64,000 nt of DNA from Clostridia bacterium (GCA_045649415.1 JAZRPY010000006.1:14466-78465); one strand, 5' to 3'; shown: positions 15,734 to 26,515, numbered from the stretch's first letter. Numbers and translations: made by a program. Notes: generated by a model not told the origin, from the letters alone.

Positions 15734-17275
15734 ATGGAGCTTATAAAGGAAAAAAGCGTAATAGGCGAGGTAGTTTTCTCTGATTGCTTAGAGGTTGCCT
15801 CCTCAGGAGATTTAATTGTTCCTGATGTGAAGCCCGACATTTTAAAAGTGCTTCAGGTAGATTCTGATGTATGTGTGGAAAATAAAAGGATAACCGACTC
15901 AAGACTTGAGCTTTCGGGCAAATTTCATTTAACAGTTTTGTATCTTGCCGACAATGATTATAGGGAGGTTCAGGCAATCCACACCTGCTTTGATTTTGAA
16001 CATAGGTTGGACAGGGCGGTGATTGACAATGAATCAAAGGTAATAGTTGATGCCGAGGTATCGGGGGTTGACTATCATATCATCAATTCGAGAAAGTTAA
16101 GCTTGAAAACAGAGGCAAAAATAGACTATCGCATCTATAAGGAAAAGTGTGTTGAGGTTGTGACGGCAACAAATGATGAGTGTGTTGTTGAGGCGTGCAG
16201 GAGTGGGGTAGAGATAAATAGCCTGTGTGGAATAAAGGAAGACGAATTTATAGTTAAGGAAACAGTTGAAATTCCGTCGGGAAAAGCATCTATTGGCGAA
16301 ATCTTAAAGCTTGATTATAAAATCTGCGATGGAGAGGAAAGAATTGTATCCCAAAAGGTTATTTCAAAGGCAGTTCTTAATATTTCCATACTTTATTCAG
16401 ACACCAATCAAAAGCTTGAATATGCAGGTTGGGAGCTTCCGTTCACCGAGGTTTTTGATTTTCCGGATGTCTTTGAAGATGCGTGGCTTGATGCATCATA
16501 CAGCATTAAAAGCTGTGAGCATTTTGTGTCTCAGGACAACGACGGAGATAACAGGCTTGTAACGATTGACATAGTTGGAAAAGCACAGATGCGAGCAACA
16601 AAGAAAAAGGAAATAACTGCAATTTCCGACTGCTTCTGCCCAGGATATAAAACTCAGCTTGAATTTAATGAGTTCACACTTTTAGAGGAAATAACTGCAC
16701 CAAAGGTGCGAACTGCCCTGAGGGATGTGGTTGCAGTTGACGGGGATATGCCAATATTGTCAGCAGTATATAATGTGATTACCACACCCATAGTGGAGGA
16801 CACAATTCTTGGCGAGGGAAAGCTCTCAGTGAAAGGCAAAATAGACACAACTGCCCTCTACATATCCGAAAATGCAGACTCTCCTCTGTTCAGCGTCAAA
16901 AAGGAAATTCCTTTTGATGTGGTACTTGACACTCCTGTTTGCAAGGAAAAAACAACTCTGGCAGTAAAAGCAGAGGTGAGCCACACAAGCTACCATGTGA
17001 ATATGGCAAATGAAATAGAAATAAGATGTATTCTTGATGTGGTGGCAAACCTGTCCAGCACCAAGGAAATGCGATTGTTAAGGGATGTGGAGTATTCTAA
17101 AATTCCTGAATCGGAGAAGAAGGGAATGGTTATATATTTTGTTCAACCCGAGGACACTTTGTGGGATATAGCAAAGGGATATTCCGTTGCGACAAATAGT
17201 ATTCTGGAGTTTAACAAACTTTCAAGAGATGATGAAATAAGAAAAGGTCAACGATTGGTTATACCAATCCAATAG
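15734..17275 (+). CDS. SPOCS (DUF3794) repeat protein with a C-terminal LysM domain (spore-coat/cortex-associated family)
   Basis: LIVPDVKPDILKVL is typical of SPOCS/DUF3794 domains. The C-terminal LysM is YFVQPEDTLWDIAKGYSVATNSILEFNKL...GQRLVIP. Confidence 0.6.
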   Translation: MELIKEKSVIGEVVFSDCLEVASSGDLIVPDVKPDILKVLQVDSDVCVENKRITDSRLELSGKFHLTVLYLADNDYREVQAIHTCFDFEHRLDRAVIDNESKVIVDAEVSGVDYHIINSRKLSLKTEAKIDYRIYKEKCVEVVTATNDECVVEACRSGVEINSLCGIKEDEFIVKETVEIPSGKASIGEILKLDYKICDGEERIVSQKVISKAVLNISILYSDTNQKLEYAGWELPFTEVFDFPDVFEDAWLDASYSIKSCEHFVSQDNDGDNRLVTIDIVGKAQMRATKKKEITAISDCFCPGYKTQLEFNEFTLLEEITAPKVRTALRDVVAVDGDMPILSAVYNVITTPIVEDTILGEGKLSVKGKIDTTALYISENADSPLFSVKKEIPFDVVLDTPVCKEKTTLAVKAEVSHTSYHVNMANEIEIRCILDVVANLSSTKEMRLLRDVEYSKIPESEKKGMVIYFVQPEDTLWDIAKGYSVATNSILEFNKLSRDDEIRKGQRLVIPIQ

Positions 17276-17284
17276 AGATTTTTA

Positions 17285-17312
17285 AAAAGCTTCCTTTAAG
17301 GGAAGCTTTTTT
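17285..17312 (+). terminator. Rho-independent terminator
   Basis: Stem aaaagcttcc/ggaagctttt followed by a T-run. Confidence 0.65.
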
Positions 17313-17345
17313 ATATTATATTAAATCTTTTTGAAAAAAAATCCC

Positions 17346-17373
17346 TTTACATTTTCTCTGTGAATGATATAAT
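17346..17373 (+). promoter_or_regulatory. Sigma-A-type promoter of gatCAB
   Basis: TTTACA - 16 nt (ending in TGA) - TATAAT. Confidence 0.5.
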
Positions 17374-17435
17374 TAATATAATATATAAAAGAGTGAATAT
17401 GACCTTTTGGTCGGCAAATTTTAAAGGCTTGGGTG

Positions 17436-17672
17436 ATGATAATGATAGATAAACTTTTAAAGCTCTCGGCGTTAGAAGTAGATGAGGACGAATATAGAGT
17501 CTTGTCAACACAAATAAATGAAATCATTGAATTTTTAAAGGAAGATATAGAAAAAATAGAAGAGCCTAAGGAAGTATCTGTTGATTATTCGAAGCTCAGG
17601 GAGGATAAGGGAGCTAAAACAACCTTTAAAAACAATGAAAAAAAACAATATGTTGTACCAAAAATAATGTAG
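17436..17672 (+). CDS. gatC: Asp/Glu-tRNA amidotransferase subunit C (short form, about 78 aa)
   Basis: It lies immediately upstream of gatA/gatB. The N-terminus IDKLLKLSALEVDEDE resembles the GatC ..LA.L.L.EEE motif. The start is ambiguous among 17433, 17436 and 17442. Confidence 0.6.
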   Translation: MIMIDKLLKLSALEVDEDEYRVLSTQINEIIEFLKEDIEKIEEPKEVSVDYSKLREDKGAKTTFKNNEKKQYVVPKIM

Positions 17673-17690
17673 GGTTACGGAGAAAATAAA

Positions 17691-19127
17691 ATGAGCATTA
17701 AGAACATAAGAGAAGCACTTGACAATAAGGAAATAAGCGTTAAGGAATTATGCGAGAAGTATTTTGACAACATCAAAAAGTATGACAATAAAATAAATAG
17801 CTATATAACTTTCTGCGAAAAAGAGAGTGAAGAAAAAATAAAAAAGGCACAAGAGAAAATCGATAAAAAACAAGGGAGTATGCTAACCGGCATGCCTGTA
17901 TCCATAAAGGATAACATATGCACAAAAGGAATTAAAACCACATGTGCATCAAAAATGCTTGAAAGCTTTGTGCCTGACTATGATGCAACTGCAGTTGAGA
18001 GATTAGAAAATGAGGGTGCAATAATTCTCGGAAAAACCAATATGGACGAGTTTGCTATGGGAAGCACAGGGGATAGCTCCATAATCGGTGGTGCAAAAAA
18101 TCCTTATAATATAAGCTTGACTGCAGGCGGCTCCTCAGGAGGTGCTGCTGCAAGTGTGGCAGGGAATATGTGTGTGGCAGCATTGGGCTCGGACACAGGT
18201 GGCTCGATAAGGCAACCTGCAGCGCTTTGTGGTGTAACAGGTATCAAGCCGACCTACGGAGCAGTTTCAAGATATGGACTTGTTGCTTTTGCATCAAGTC
18301 TTGACCAGATTGGCGTGGCTGCAAAGTCGGCAGAGGACACAGCCTATGTTCTGTCGGCAATTTCAGGCTACGACCAAAAGGATATGACATCCTCAAAAAT
18401 TGAGCTTGGAAATCTCACCTCAAAAATAGGTATGAGTCTTAAGGATATTAAAATTGGAGTCGCCAAGGAATTTTTTGTGGACGGAATGGATGGGGACATA
18501 AAAAGTTTTATATATGATGCTATAGAATATTATAAGGCGTTGGGTTGTGAAATAAAAGAGGTGTCACTGCCTTCCTTGAAGCACGCCGTATCTGCATACT
18601 ATATAATATCCTCGGCAGAGGCGTCAAGTAATCTCGCAAGGTATGACGGAATAAGATATGGTCACAGTGCAGATGTAAAGGGGACATATAATGAACTTAT
18701 TTCAGAATCAAGAAAGGGAGGCTTTTCAAAAGAGGTCAAAAAAAGAATACTCACAGGAAACTATGTTCTTGGCAGAGAGAATAGTGAGGAGTATTATAAG
18801 AATGCATTGAGAATAAGAGGTAAAATCAAAATGGAGTATAACGAAATATTCTCCCAATGCGACCTTTTGTTAACCCCCACCACCCTGACCTCTGCAATAG
18901 GGATTTTTAAAAAGTCAGAAACCACGGTGGATTTGTATTCCTCGGATTTATGCACCGTTTCTTCAAATCTTGCCCGACTCCCCGGGATAACCACCACCTG
19001 TGGCTACACAAGGGATGGGTTGCCTGTTGGTATGAGTCTTGTGGGCAGAGAATTTGACGAGGCACTTTTAATTGGTGTTGCAGACAGGTTTGAAAGAGAT
19101 TTTCAAAGAAGGGAGATAAAGCTGTGA
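17691..19127 (+). CDS. gatA: Asp/Glu-tRNA amidotransferase subunit A
   Basis: Amidase signature GGSSGGAAASVA...GSDTGGSIRQPA. Confidence 0.9.
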   Translation: MSIKNIREALDNKEISVKELCEKYFDNIKKYDNKINSYITFCEKESEEKIKKAQEKIDKKQGSMLTGMPVSIKDNICTKGIKTTCASKMLESFVPDYDATAVERLENEGAIILGKTNMDEFAMGSTGDSSIIGGAKNPYNISLTAGGSSGGAAASVAGNMCVAALGSDTGGSIRQPAALCGVTGIKPTYGAVSRYGLVAFASSLDQIGVAAKSAEDTAYVLSAISGYDQKDMTSSKIELGNLTSKIGMSLKDIKIGVAKEFFVDGMDGDIKSFIYDAIEYYKALGCEIKEVSLPSLKHAVSAYYIISSAEASSNLARYDGIRYGHSADVKGTYNELISESRKGGFSKEVKKRILTGNYVLGRENSEEYYKNALRIRGKIKMEYNEIFSQCDLLLTPTTLTSAIGIFKKSETTVDLYSSDLCTVSSNLARLPGITTTCGYTRDGLPVGMSLVGREFDEALLIGVADRFERDFQRREIKL

Positions 19128-20539
19128 AATATATTCCTGTGATTGGTCTTGAAATTCACGCTGAGCTTTTAACTGAATCAAAAATATTCTGCTCCTGTCC
19201 CAACCTTTTTGGTGGTGAGGCAAATGAGAGAGTGTGCCCTGTGTGTATGGGTTTTCCGGGAACGCTTCCGAGCCTTAACAAAAAGGTGGTGGAGCTTGCC
19301 ATAAAGGCAGGACTCGTAACAGATTGCAAAATAAATAAAAGGTCCACCTTCGACAGAAAAAATTATTTCTATCCCGACTTGCCAAAGGCGTATCAGATAA
19401 CTCAGGCTCGCATTCCTATTTGTGAGAACGGACACATTAAGCTTGGGGACACTAAATATAGAATAGAAAGAATTCATATAGAGGAGGATGCAGGAAAACT
19501 TATTCACGACAATAAAAAGGGCGTTTCCTATCCGGACTATAATCGTTGTGGCGTGCCATTGATTGAGATTGTTACTAAGCCCGACTTTTCCGATAAGGAA
19601 GAGGTGAGGGAATTTGTTGAGGAGCTTTTGTGCCGACTGAAATTTGCAGGCGTGTGTGATGGAAAGCTTGAGCAAGGCTCGTTGAGGGTTGATGTTAATA
19701 TCTCCTTAAAGGAGGAGGGCTCAGCCACACTCGGTACACGAGCAGAAATCAAGAATTTAAACTCTTATAAATTTATAGGTAAAGCAATTGACTATGAAAT
19801 TAAAAGACAAAGCGATATTTTAGATAAGGGTGAGAAGGTAAAAAGAGAAACAAGACGCTTTCTTGATAATGGAACAACTGTGGCGATAAGAGAAAAGGAA
19901 GAGGAAAGTGACTACAGATTTTTCCCTGAGCCTGATATTCCCGATATAGTTGTTTGTGATGAGGAGCTTAAGAGCATAGAAAAGTCGCTCCCCATAATGC
20001 CGAGGGAAAGAATTAAAAGATATGAAACGGAGTTTAACATTTCAAGGGAAAGTGCAAGGCTTATTGCTCGCTCCAAGGATATCTCTGATTTTTATGATGC
20101 AACAACCTCATTGTGTGATGACTATAAGGGTATTGCCTCACTTTTGCTGGGAGCAGTAATGAGAGAGATAAATGACACTAAAACACAGATAGCAGCATCA
20201 AAGCTCACCCCTATGAATCTGGCAAGGGTAGTTGAAATGGTGAACGAGGGAAAAATAAGCAAAAACTCAGCAAATGAAATAATAAGAGACACCTTCCTTT
20301 CAGGAAAAGAGTCTGAAAGGGTGGCGGAGGAAAAGCAACTCATTATAAACACCGACTATAATGCAATAAGAGAAGCAGTAAAATCAGTTCTCGACAGAGA
20401 AAAAGAAAATGTTAAAAGCTATAAAGAGGGAAATCAAAAGCTCTTTGGATATTTTATAGGCGAAATCACTAAGCTTATGGGTAAGGGAATAAACCCTGTG
20501 ACAGTGAAGGACATATTAAAAGAGGAGTTAGAAAAATAA
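19124..20539 (+). CDS. gatB: Asp/Glu-tRNA amidotransferase subunit B
   Basis: GLEIHAEL...CPVCMGFPGTLP...FDRKNYFYPDLPKAYQITQ. GTG start overlapping the gatA stop. Confidence 0.9.
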   Translation: MKYIPVIGLEIHAELLTESKIFCSCPNLFGGEANERVCPVCMGFPGTLPSLNKKVVELAIKAGLVTDCKINKRSTFDRKNYFYPDLPKAYQITQARIPICENGHIKLGDTKYRIERIHIEEDAGKLIHDNKKGVSYPDYNRCGVPLIEIVTKPDFSDKEEVREFVEELLCRLKFAGVCDGKLEQGSLRVDVNISLKEEGSATLGTRAEIKNLNSYKFIGKAIDYEIKRQSDILDKGEKVKRETRRFLDNGTTVAIREKEEESDYRFFPEPDIPDIVVCDEELKSIEKSLPIMPRERIKRYETEFNISRESARLIARSKDISDFYDATTSLCDDYKGIASLLLGAVMREINDTKTQIAASKLTPMNLARVVEMVNEGKISKNSANEIIRDTFLSGKESERVAEEKQLIINTDYNAIREAVKSVLDREKENVKSYKEGNQKLFGYFIGEITKLMGKGINPVTVKDILKEELEK

Positions 20540-20545
20540 AAAGCT

Positions 20546-20582
20546 GTTATTGGGGAGGGTTTTTCACACCCTCCCCAATAAC
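20546..20582. terminator. Bidirectional terminator (gatB / M14 peptidase, convergent)
   Basis: Stem gttattggggagggt/accctccccaataac (15 bp). Confidence 0.75.
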
Positions 20583-20586
20583 ATTT

Positions 20587-21453
20587 TCACACTCTGCTCA
20601 TAGCACACAAAACAATTTTTGCATTTTCTTCAAATAAATCATCAAGCATACTAAGGGGCAGGGGATTTTTCCCATGTCCTATTTCTATAGTGAAGCCGGC
20701 TTTCCCGAATTCCTCGATAAACCAGTCCTTGCAACCACCAAAGGAGGCAACCTCATCGGGAGAGGACACTATATATCCACTTAAGCCAGAAAACTCTCTG
20801 GCGAGTGCATAGGAGTGCTTTTCTGCCATTCCGTCAAAATCGTAGTAGATTTCTCCACCCTGGGAATGAAAGGCTAAAAGCATATCAATTTTTTCACTCC
20901 TCACAAAATCAACAATGGCTTTTGTTTCAGGCTCACTTTCAAATTCTTCGCCACTATATCTGGTTGGACCTGGTCGTGCCTCAACCACCTTCCAGCCTGC
21001 GTTATAGTTGTGATTTATATCCACTCCGTTGGCGTTTGCCTGCCATACCTTGTTAAAACTGTGGATGCCCACCTTGCTCACAAGCTCACGATGGTGAGGG
21101 TTTGTGACATCAATTCCGTGAATGGCAATATCCACACCGTCGGGATTAACCATAGGCACTGCAAAGAGGGTTGTTCTTTCGTATAAAAGCCTTGTGTCAT
21201 ATCCAAACATCCTGGTTTGATTTTCCACCGAGGTCAAAAATTCTTTTAAAAACCTCATTATAAATGCAGAGGTGAGATACTCTAACGAGTGATGAGCGCC
21301 ATTTATAAAGAGCTTTCTTTTTCCTGTGCCCACCTTCAAACAAAACAATTTGTGCTCCATAACACTTTCCCCGATTGAAAATAACTCTGTTTTAGGGAAT
21401 TGTTTCCTTATTATGTTGCAGTCCTTTATAAGCGTCTGATAATCATATTCCAT
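20587..21453 (-). CDS. M14-family zinc carboxypeptidase (gamma-D-Glu-mDAP peptidase-like)
   Basis: Zn motif INGAHHSLEY (HxxE), and later HSQGGEIYY. ATG 21453 is preferred over GTG 21462 on RBS spacing. Confidence 0.65.
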   Translation of the reverse strand: MEYDYQTLIKDCNIIRKQFPKTELFSIGESVMEHKLFCLKVGTGKRKLFINGAHHSLEYLTSAFIMRFLKEFLTSVENQTRMFGYDTRLLYERTTLFAVPMVNPDGVDIAIHGIDVTNPHHRELVSKVGIHSFNKVWQANANGVDINHNYNAGWKVVEARPGPTRYSGEEFESEPETKAIVDFVRSEKIDMLLAFHSQGGEIYYDFDGMAEKHSYALAREFSGLSGYIVSSPDEVASFGGCKDWFIEEFGKAGFTIEIGHGKNPLPLSMLDDLFEENAKIVLCAMSRV

Positions 21454-21718
21454 ATAATCCACCCTTTTGAAATTTTTTTCTTCATTATTATATATATAGG
21501 CTCATATAGAGGAAAATGAATAAAAACAACACCCAAGCACTAATTTCTCAACTAATTACGGAACAAAAACCTTTTATTCCTCGTCTTATCATATGTTACA
21601 ATCTTGATTTACATATTAAATATGGTCGATTTCCTATGCAAATTATCCAATTATGATAAAAAAGCCTAAAAAAAAAGGTAAAAAATTGCAAAAGATAGAA
21701 AAAACTACATAAAAACCA

Positions 21719-21747
21719 TTGACAATATACATATTATAGTGTACAAT
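21719..21747 (+). promoter_or_regulatory. Distal sigma-A promoter upstream of the S-layer gene
   Basis: TTGACA - 17 nt - TACAAT. Confidence 0.5.
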
Positions 21748-21906
21748 TAAGATTGGTGATTAGTCCGAAAAGGCTAATTATTAACCTGTCGGTGTAAACC
21801 TTATATGCAGGAATGTTACTGGATTTTTGTTAATTTAAAGAAAAATTACAGTGGTATTTTTGTATAACAGCTATTTTACAGTTTTATTACATCTGTAAAA
21901 AGTGCA

Positions 21907-21936
21907 TTGACTTATTGCCACAAGTGGTGATATAAT
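21907..21936 (+). promoter_or_regulatory. Proximal sigma-A promoter (extended -10) of the S-layer gene
   Basis: TTGACT - 18 nt ending in TGA - TATAAT, leaving a 5' UTR of about 120 nt containing the hairpin aagggtgcac...gtacaccctt. Confidence 0.55.
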
Positions 21937-22064
21937 CAGTGCATAGTTAAGGGTTTTGCCAAAAAATTCTTAACGGGTTAACGCTTCGGTGTGTAAGAAA
22001 GGGTGCACAACGGGCGACAGAGTACACCCTTTCAAAAATAAAAAATATGGGAGGATTTGAGACT

Positions 22065-25000
22065 ATGAAAAAGAATCTCAAAAAAGTAATTTCAGCTGTT
22101 ATTGCTTTAGCTCTTTCAGTAAGCTCTGTTGCTTTCGCAGCTCCTGAGTTTACAGACGTAGCAGAAACAGCAAACTATGCAGAAGCTGTAAACACACTTG
22201 CTGCATTAGATGTTATTTCAGGTTACGAAGATGGAACCTTCAAGCCTGACAATAATATCACAAGAGCAGAAGTAGCAACTCTTATTGCTGCAGCTCTTAA
22301 CAGATCAGCAGACGCTGAGGGTGCAAAGGGCACAACAGCTTTCGCTGATGTTAACACAGAAGCTAAGTTATGGGCTTCAGGTTACATAAACATTGGTACA
22401 TCTGTTGGTTACATCTCAGGTTATGAAGATGGAACCTTCAAGCCAGACAACAATGTAACATTCGCAGAAATCGTTTCAATGTTGGTTCGTGCAACAGAGT
22501 ACGGCAGATATGCAGAATACCTTGGTGGATGGCCTAACGGTTACCTTGCAGTAGGTAAGGAAAAGGGCATCACAGAGGGCGTTTCAGCTGCTAACAACAC
22601 ACCTGTAACAAGAGCACAAGTTGCTCAAATGATCTACAATGCTGTAACAAAGACACCTGTTGTTGAGTCAACAACTCTTACAACAAATGCTAATGGTGAC
22701 TTAGTTCCAAGCATGGACATCATGGATGGTAGAGTTAGAAACGGTGTTAGAACACCATACAAGACATTGTTAACAGAGAAGCACGACGCTTATGTTGTAG
22801 AAGGTAAAGTTACAAAGACAAGCAAGACTGATTCAACATATGATGCTGGAACAGTTGAGTTCACAATCGAGTACACAGAAAACTTCAACGACAGCGCAGT
22901 TGTTTTAGCTAAGAACTACACCTACGGTGCTGGTAATGCAGCTCAGGAAATGTTCGTTGGCGAAACAGATGCTGAAGACTACTTATTAACATATGCTAAG
23001 GCTATCGTTAAGGTTGACGAATATGGCGATAACACAATCGTTGCATTTGTTCCTTCAGGCAGAAACGAAACTGTTTCTTATGACGCTACATTGTTTGATG
23101 TTGCTGATTACGACAGAAACAACACATTGTTTGCTTTGTCAACAGGTACAGACGCAACAAAGAACAATAACGACTTAGTTAACACAGTTGCTACAGCTAC
23201 TACTGCTGAAAAGGCAACAGGTAACTACATTAAGTTCTATGAAACAAAGGACGCTACAAAGTCACAAAGATACAACTTGTCAGAAAAGGTTACATTATAT
23301 GTAAACGGTGTTAAGAAGGCTGGCTGGAATGGCACAGCTAACACAATGACAAGACTTGACTTTGAAACATATGTTAAGAACAATGCTACAGGTGTTGTAA
23401 CACTTGTTGATGTTTTCAATGCTAACGATACTGCAGCTGATAAGGGCTTTGATTACATTTTCGTAACATACTATGCTACAGCTAAGGTTACAAATGTTAA
23501 CGCTACAAATGGTAGAATCAATATCACAGGTAACACTGAATCAGGTGCTACAATTAAGTTAGACCCTCAAGACGAGGATTTAGTTTACAACATTTACTAC
23601 AATGGTGAAGAAGTTGAAATCACTGACATCCAAAAGGATGACATCCTTTCAGTTATCTTCGATACAAATGCTGGTTTCTCATCATCAAAGTTCTATGATA
23701 TCTATGTATCAAGAAATGTTGTTGATGGTAAGTTCACAGGCAGAAATGACACAGACTCAGAAGTAACAGTAGGTGGCAACAACTACGAATTCGTTAAGTC
23801 TGCAACACATTCAAGCTTTATCGCTGAAAGAATGGGTTCAGAGTTCACATTGAACCTTGACTACTTCGGCAGAATCTTTGATTATGACACATTAGCTACA
23901 TCAGTTAAGTATGGTATCCTTGATGCTTACACAATCGCTTCTTCAGACGATTACTACAAGGCTACTATCTACGCAATGGATGGTACAGCTAAGACATTTG
24001 AAGTAGATACAGCAAGAATTCCTAATATTACAACTACTGCAACTCTTGCATTCGACTCAAACGATACTGACACAGGTTCAGACAATGTTCCTGACGAAAC
24101 ACTTACTGCTGGAACATATCCAACAGATACAGTATTGAAGACTCTTACCTATGAGTGGCAAGGTCCAACAACTAAGGCAAAGAGAGCAATCCAAGATCGT
24201 GTAATTGAGTACACAGTTTCTTCAACAACAGGCAGAATCACAAATGTTACACTTCTTGCTGCTGCAGCATCATCATCTGCATCAACAGATGAATATGATA
24301 TTGACAGAAACAGAATTGGTTCAGTTGTATTGAGCGATGCTACAACAATTGTTAACGCTATCGAATATGTAGGTAAGGCTAAGCCTAACACAACTCACTT
24401 AGATATTAGCGATCTTTCAGCTTTCGTTGACGAAACAAAGTACACAACATATGCTTATGGTACAAAGAATGCTGACAACTCATATCCATTTGTTATTGTA
24501 ACAGTTGGTGCAAGCGATATCACATCTGCTACAAACTTTGCAATTGTTACAAAGTGGTATGGCCAGAGCATTGATGAGAACGGTGATCCAATCTACAAGT
24601 TTGATGCAATGTATCAAGGTGGAACAGAGCCTGTTTCTCTAACAATCGCTGAAGATGGTAAGATTGATAATGTTACAGTTTCTTCATCTAGCACATTGAA
24701 CAGAGGCGACATCATCGTATTCGTTCAAGACGCTAACAGCGAAGTTAAGAAGGTAGAAACAGTTGCTTCAGTTGCTAACTTAGGTTTGAGCAACCACTTA
24801 GAGTCAGAAGCTAAGACTGCATTCACATCACAATCAGCTATGTTTACAGCAATTGCTGCCAACATTGCAGGTTCAGCTTCAACAGGCGCAATCGCTAACT
24901 GGGTTGTTGCTGATAACAACAGTGGTTGGACAACAGCTAACTTGAACGATGATACAAAGGCAGTTATCGTTGCTGGTCCTATCGTTGATGTACTTGCTAA

Positions 25001-25349
25001 GTCATTCTCAATCGCTGAGAGCATGAACTCATCTGTAGATACAGTTGTTTCTCAATCAGCTTTGACAAACAGCTCTGCTGTAACAGGTGTTTACGAAGTT
25101 ATGATCACAGACGAAACTAAGGTTTATGTTTGGGACTTCAATGAAGCAGACAACTATCAATTAGTTGAAGAAGATTTGGGCACAGGCGCAATCGTTGCTT
25201 CACAATTCGACGCTACAACATTTAACACTGCAACAGAGACAATTGACTGGGGTAGTGCTACATTATCAACTGGCTGCACAATCAACTATGCATTTGCTAA
25301 GACAGTTGAAGGCGAAGCTACAGAAGTATTCGTAATCCTTGGCAAATAA
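22065..25349 (+). CDS. S-layer / cell-surface protein with three N-terminal SLH domains
   Basis: Signal peptide MKKNLKKVISAVIALALSVSSVAFA. Three SLH repeats are present (FTDV...ISGYEDGTFKPDNNITRAEVATL; FADV...ISGYEDGTFKPDNNVTFAEIVSM; ...PVTRAQVAQMIYN). About 900 aa of Thr/Ala/Asn/Asp-rich sequence follow. Codon usage appears strongly biased. Confidence 0.85.
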   Translation: MKKNLKKVISAVIALALSVSSVAFAAPEFTDVAETANYAEAVNTLAALDVISGYEDGTFKPDNNITRAEVATLIAAALNRSADAEGAKGTTAFADVNTEAKLWASGYINIGTSVGYISGYEDGTFKPDNNVTFAEIVSMLVRATEYGRYAEYLGGWPNGYLAVGKEKGITEGVSAANNTPVTRAQVAQMIYNAVTKTPVVESTTLTTNANGDLVPSMDIMDGRVRNGVRTPYKTLLTEKHDAYVVEGKVTKTSKTDSTYDAGTVEFTIEYTENFNDSAVVLAKNYTYGAGNAAQEMFVGETDAEDYLLTYAKAIVKVDEYGDNTIVAFVPSGRNETVSYDATLFDVADYDRNNTLFALSTGTDATKNNNDLVNTVATATTAEKATGNYIKFYETKDATKSQRYNLSEKVTLYVNGVKKAGWNGTANTMTRLDFETYVKNNATGVVTLVDVFNANDTAADKGFDYIFVTYYATAKVTNVNATNGRINITGNTESGATIKLDPQDEDLVYNIYYNGEEVEITDIQKDDILSVIFDTNAGFSSSKFYDIYVSRNVVDGKFTGRNDTDSEVTVGGNNYEFVKSATHSSFIAERMGSEFTLNLDYFGRIFDYDTLATSVKYGILDAYTIASSDDYYKATIYAMDGTAKTFEVDTARIPNITTTATLAFDSNDTDTGSDNVPDETLTAGTYPTDTVLKTLTYEWQGPTTKAKRAIQDRVIEYTVSSTTGRITNVTLLAAAASSSASTDEYDIDRNRIGSVVLSDATTIVNAIEYVGKAKPNTTHLDISDLSAFVDETKYTTYAYGTKNADNSYPFVIVTVGASDITSATNFAIVTKWYGQSIDENGDPIYKFDAMYQGGTEPVSLTIAEDGKIDNVTVSSSSTLNRGDIIVFVQDANSEVKKVETVASVANLGLSNHLESEAKTAFTSQSAMFTAIAANIAGSASTGAIANWVVADNNSGWTTANLNDDTKAVIVAGPIVDVLAKSFSIAESMNSSVDTVVSQSALTNSSAVTGVYEVMITDETKVYVWDFNEADNYQLVEEDLGTGAIVASQFDATTFNTATETIDWGSATLSTGCTINYAFAKTVEGEATEVFVILGK

Positions 25350-25376
25350 TCTATAAAGATTATTAACTAAACATAT

Positions 25377-25408
25377 AAAAAGGCTAACCAAAAGGTTAGC
25401 CTTTTTTA
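25377..25408 (+). terminator. Rho-independent terminator
   Basis: Stem aggctaacc/ggttagcct followed by a T6 run. Confidence 0.8.
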
Positions 25409-25488
25409 TGTGCAAAATTGATGGCGAGGGTTTTGTCCCCATGACGAAAGATTTTGAATTTAAATTTGTCTTATGAAAAATTTTTTAT

Positions 25489-26448
25489 TTATCCAATCTC
25501 CACACCTGTGTAATATGCTTTTAAAATTTCTTCATATCCTGCACCTTGACCTGCCATATAGTTTGCTCCATACTGACTCATTCCAACACCATGCCCGTTA
25601 CCCTTCACATTCATAATAATATTACCATTCTCATTAACTATTTCCACATTGGTTGACCTTAAATTAAACATTTCCCGAAATTTTAATCCCCTAATAACTA
25701 CTCCACCTAACTGAATGGATATAATTCCACCTGCATCGCTTCTTTTTATTTCTCCTACTAATCCCTTTTCCCAATTAACTTCCTTAACATTTTTCTCTAT
25801 AACTGACTTAAACTCCTGCTCTGATAAAATGCTTTGGGATTGGTATCTTGGAGAATTTTCCTCGCCCTTACTTTCCACGCTTACAAGATATGGAACATGG
25901 GAGCTCCACACATCCTCGGCATTTTCAGTAAACCCTGAGGATGTGGAATGGAAAAGGGCAGAGATTGGCTTGTTGTCATATGTAATTATTATCCCTGATG
26001 TTTCATCCACTGCAGAGGAGATTTTATCCCAGTATTCTTCTCTTTTATCCTCTGCCCACATTTGTTTTTTGTCTGCCTCACTAATCCATGCCTTGCAATG
26101 AGTTGAGTCGGTACATATATCTGCACCTTTATGCACCTTTTTAGCATCTTCGTTGTTCCACATTTTCCTGTTCACCAGATATGTTCTTGCTGCAATTGCC
26201 TGAGCTTTCAGTGCTTCTTTTTCAAACTCTGCAGGCATCTCGGCAGAAACCACCTCTTTTAAGTATTGCGACATATCCATATCCCGAACCTCGTCTATCT
26301 TGTGAACATACACCGAAATTGTTTTATAAGGCTCATTTTTTTTAAAATTCTCCTGATTATAAAAGGTGGAAAATCTGCTTACTATAACATAGGGAACACA
26401 AAAAATCACCAACAAAATTATAAAAACTACCAATAATATTTTCTTCAT
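25489..26448 (-). CDS. spoIID: Stage II sporulation protein D (lytic transglycosylase)
   Basis: N-terminal TM anchor, ALKAQAIAARTY and HGVGMSQYGANYMA motifs. Confidence 0.85.
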   Translation of the reverse strand: MKKILLVVFIILLVIFCVPYVIVSRFSTFYNQENFKKNEPYKTISVYVHKIDEVRDMDMSQYLKEVVSAEMPAEFEKEALKAQAIAARTYLVNRKMWNNEDAKKVHKGADICTDSTHCKAWISEADKKQMWAEDKREEYWDKISSAVDETSGIIITYDNKPISALFHSTSSGFTENAEDVWSSHVPYLVSVESKGEENSPRYQSQSILSEQEFKSVIEKNVKEVNWEKGLVGEIKRSDAGGIISIQLGGVVIRGLKFREMFNLRSTNVEIVNENGNIIMNVKGNGHGVGMSQYGANYMAGQGAGYEEILKAYYTGVEIG

Positions 26449-26515
26449 TATATATCACCCGTTTATATATATGAGGTTGTACACATAAAATTTACAATAA
26501 ATTTTCCAAAACGTA

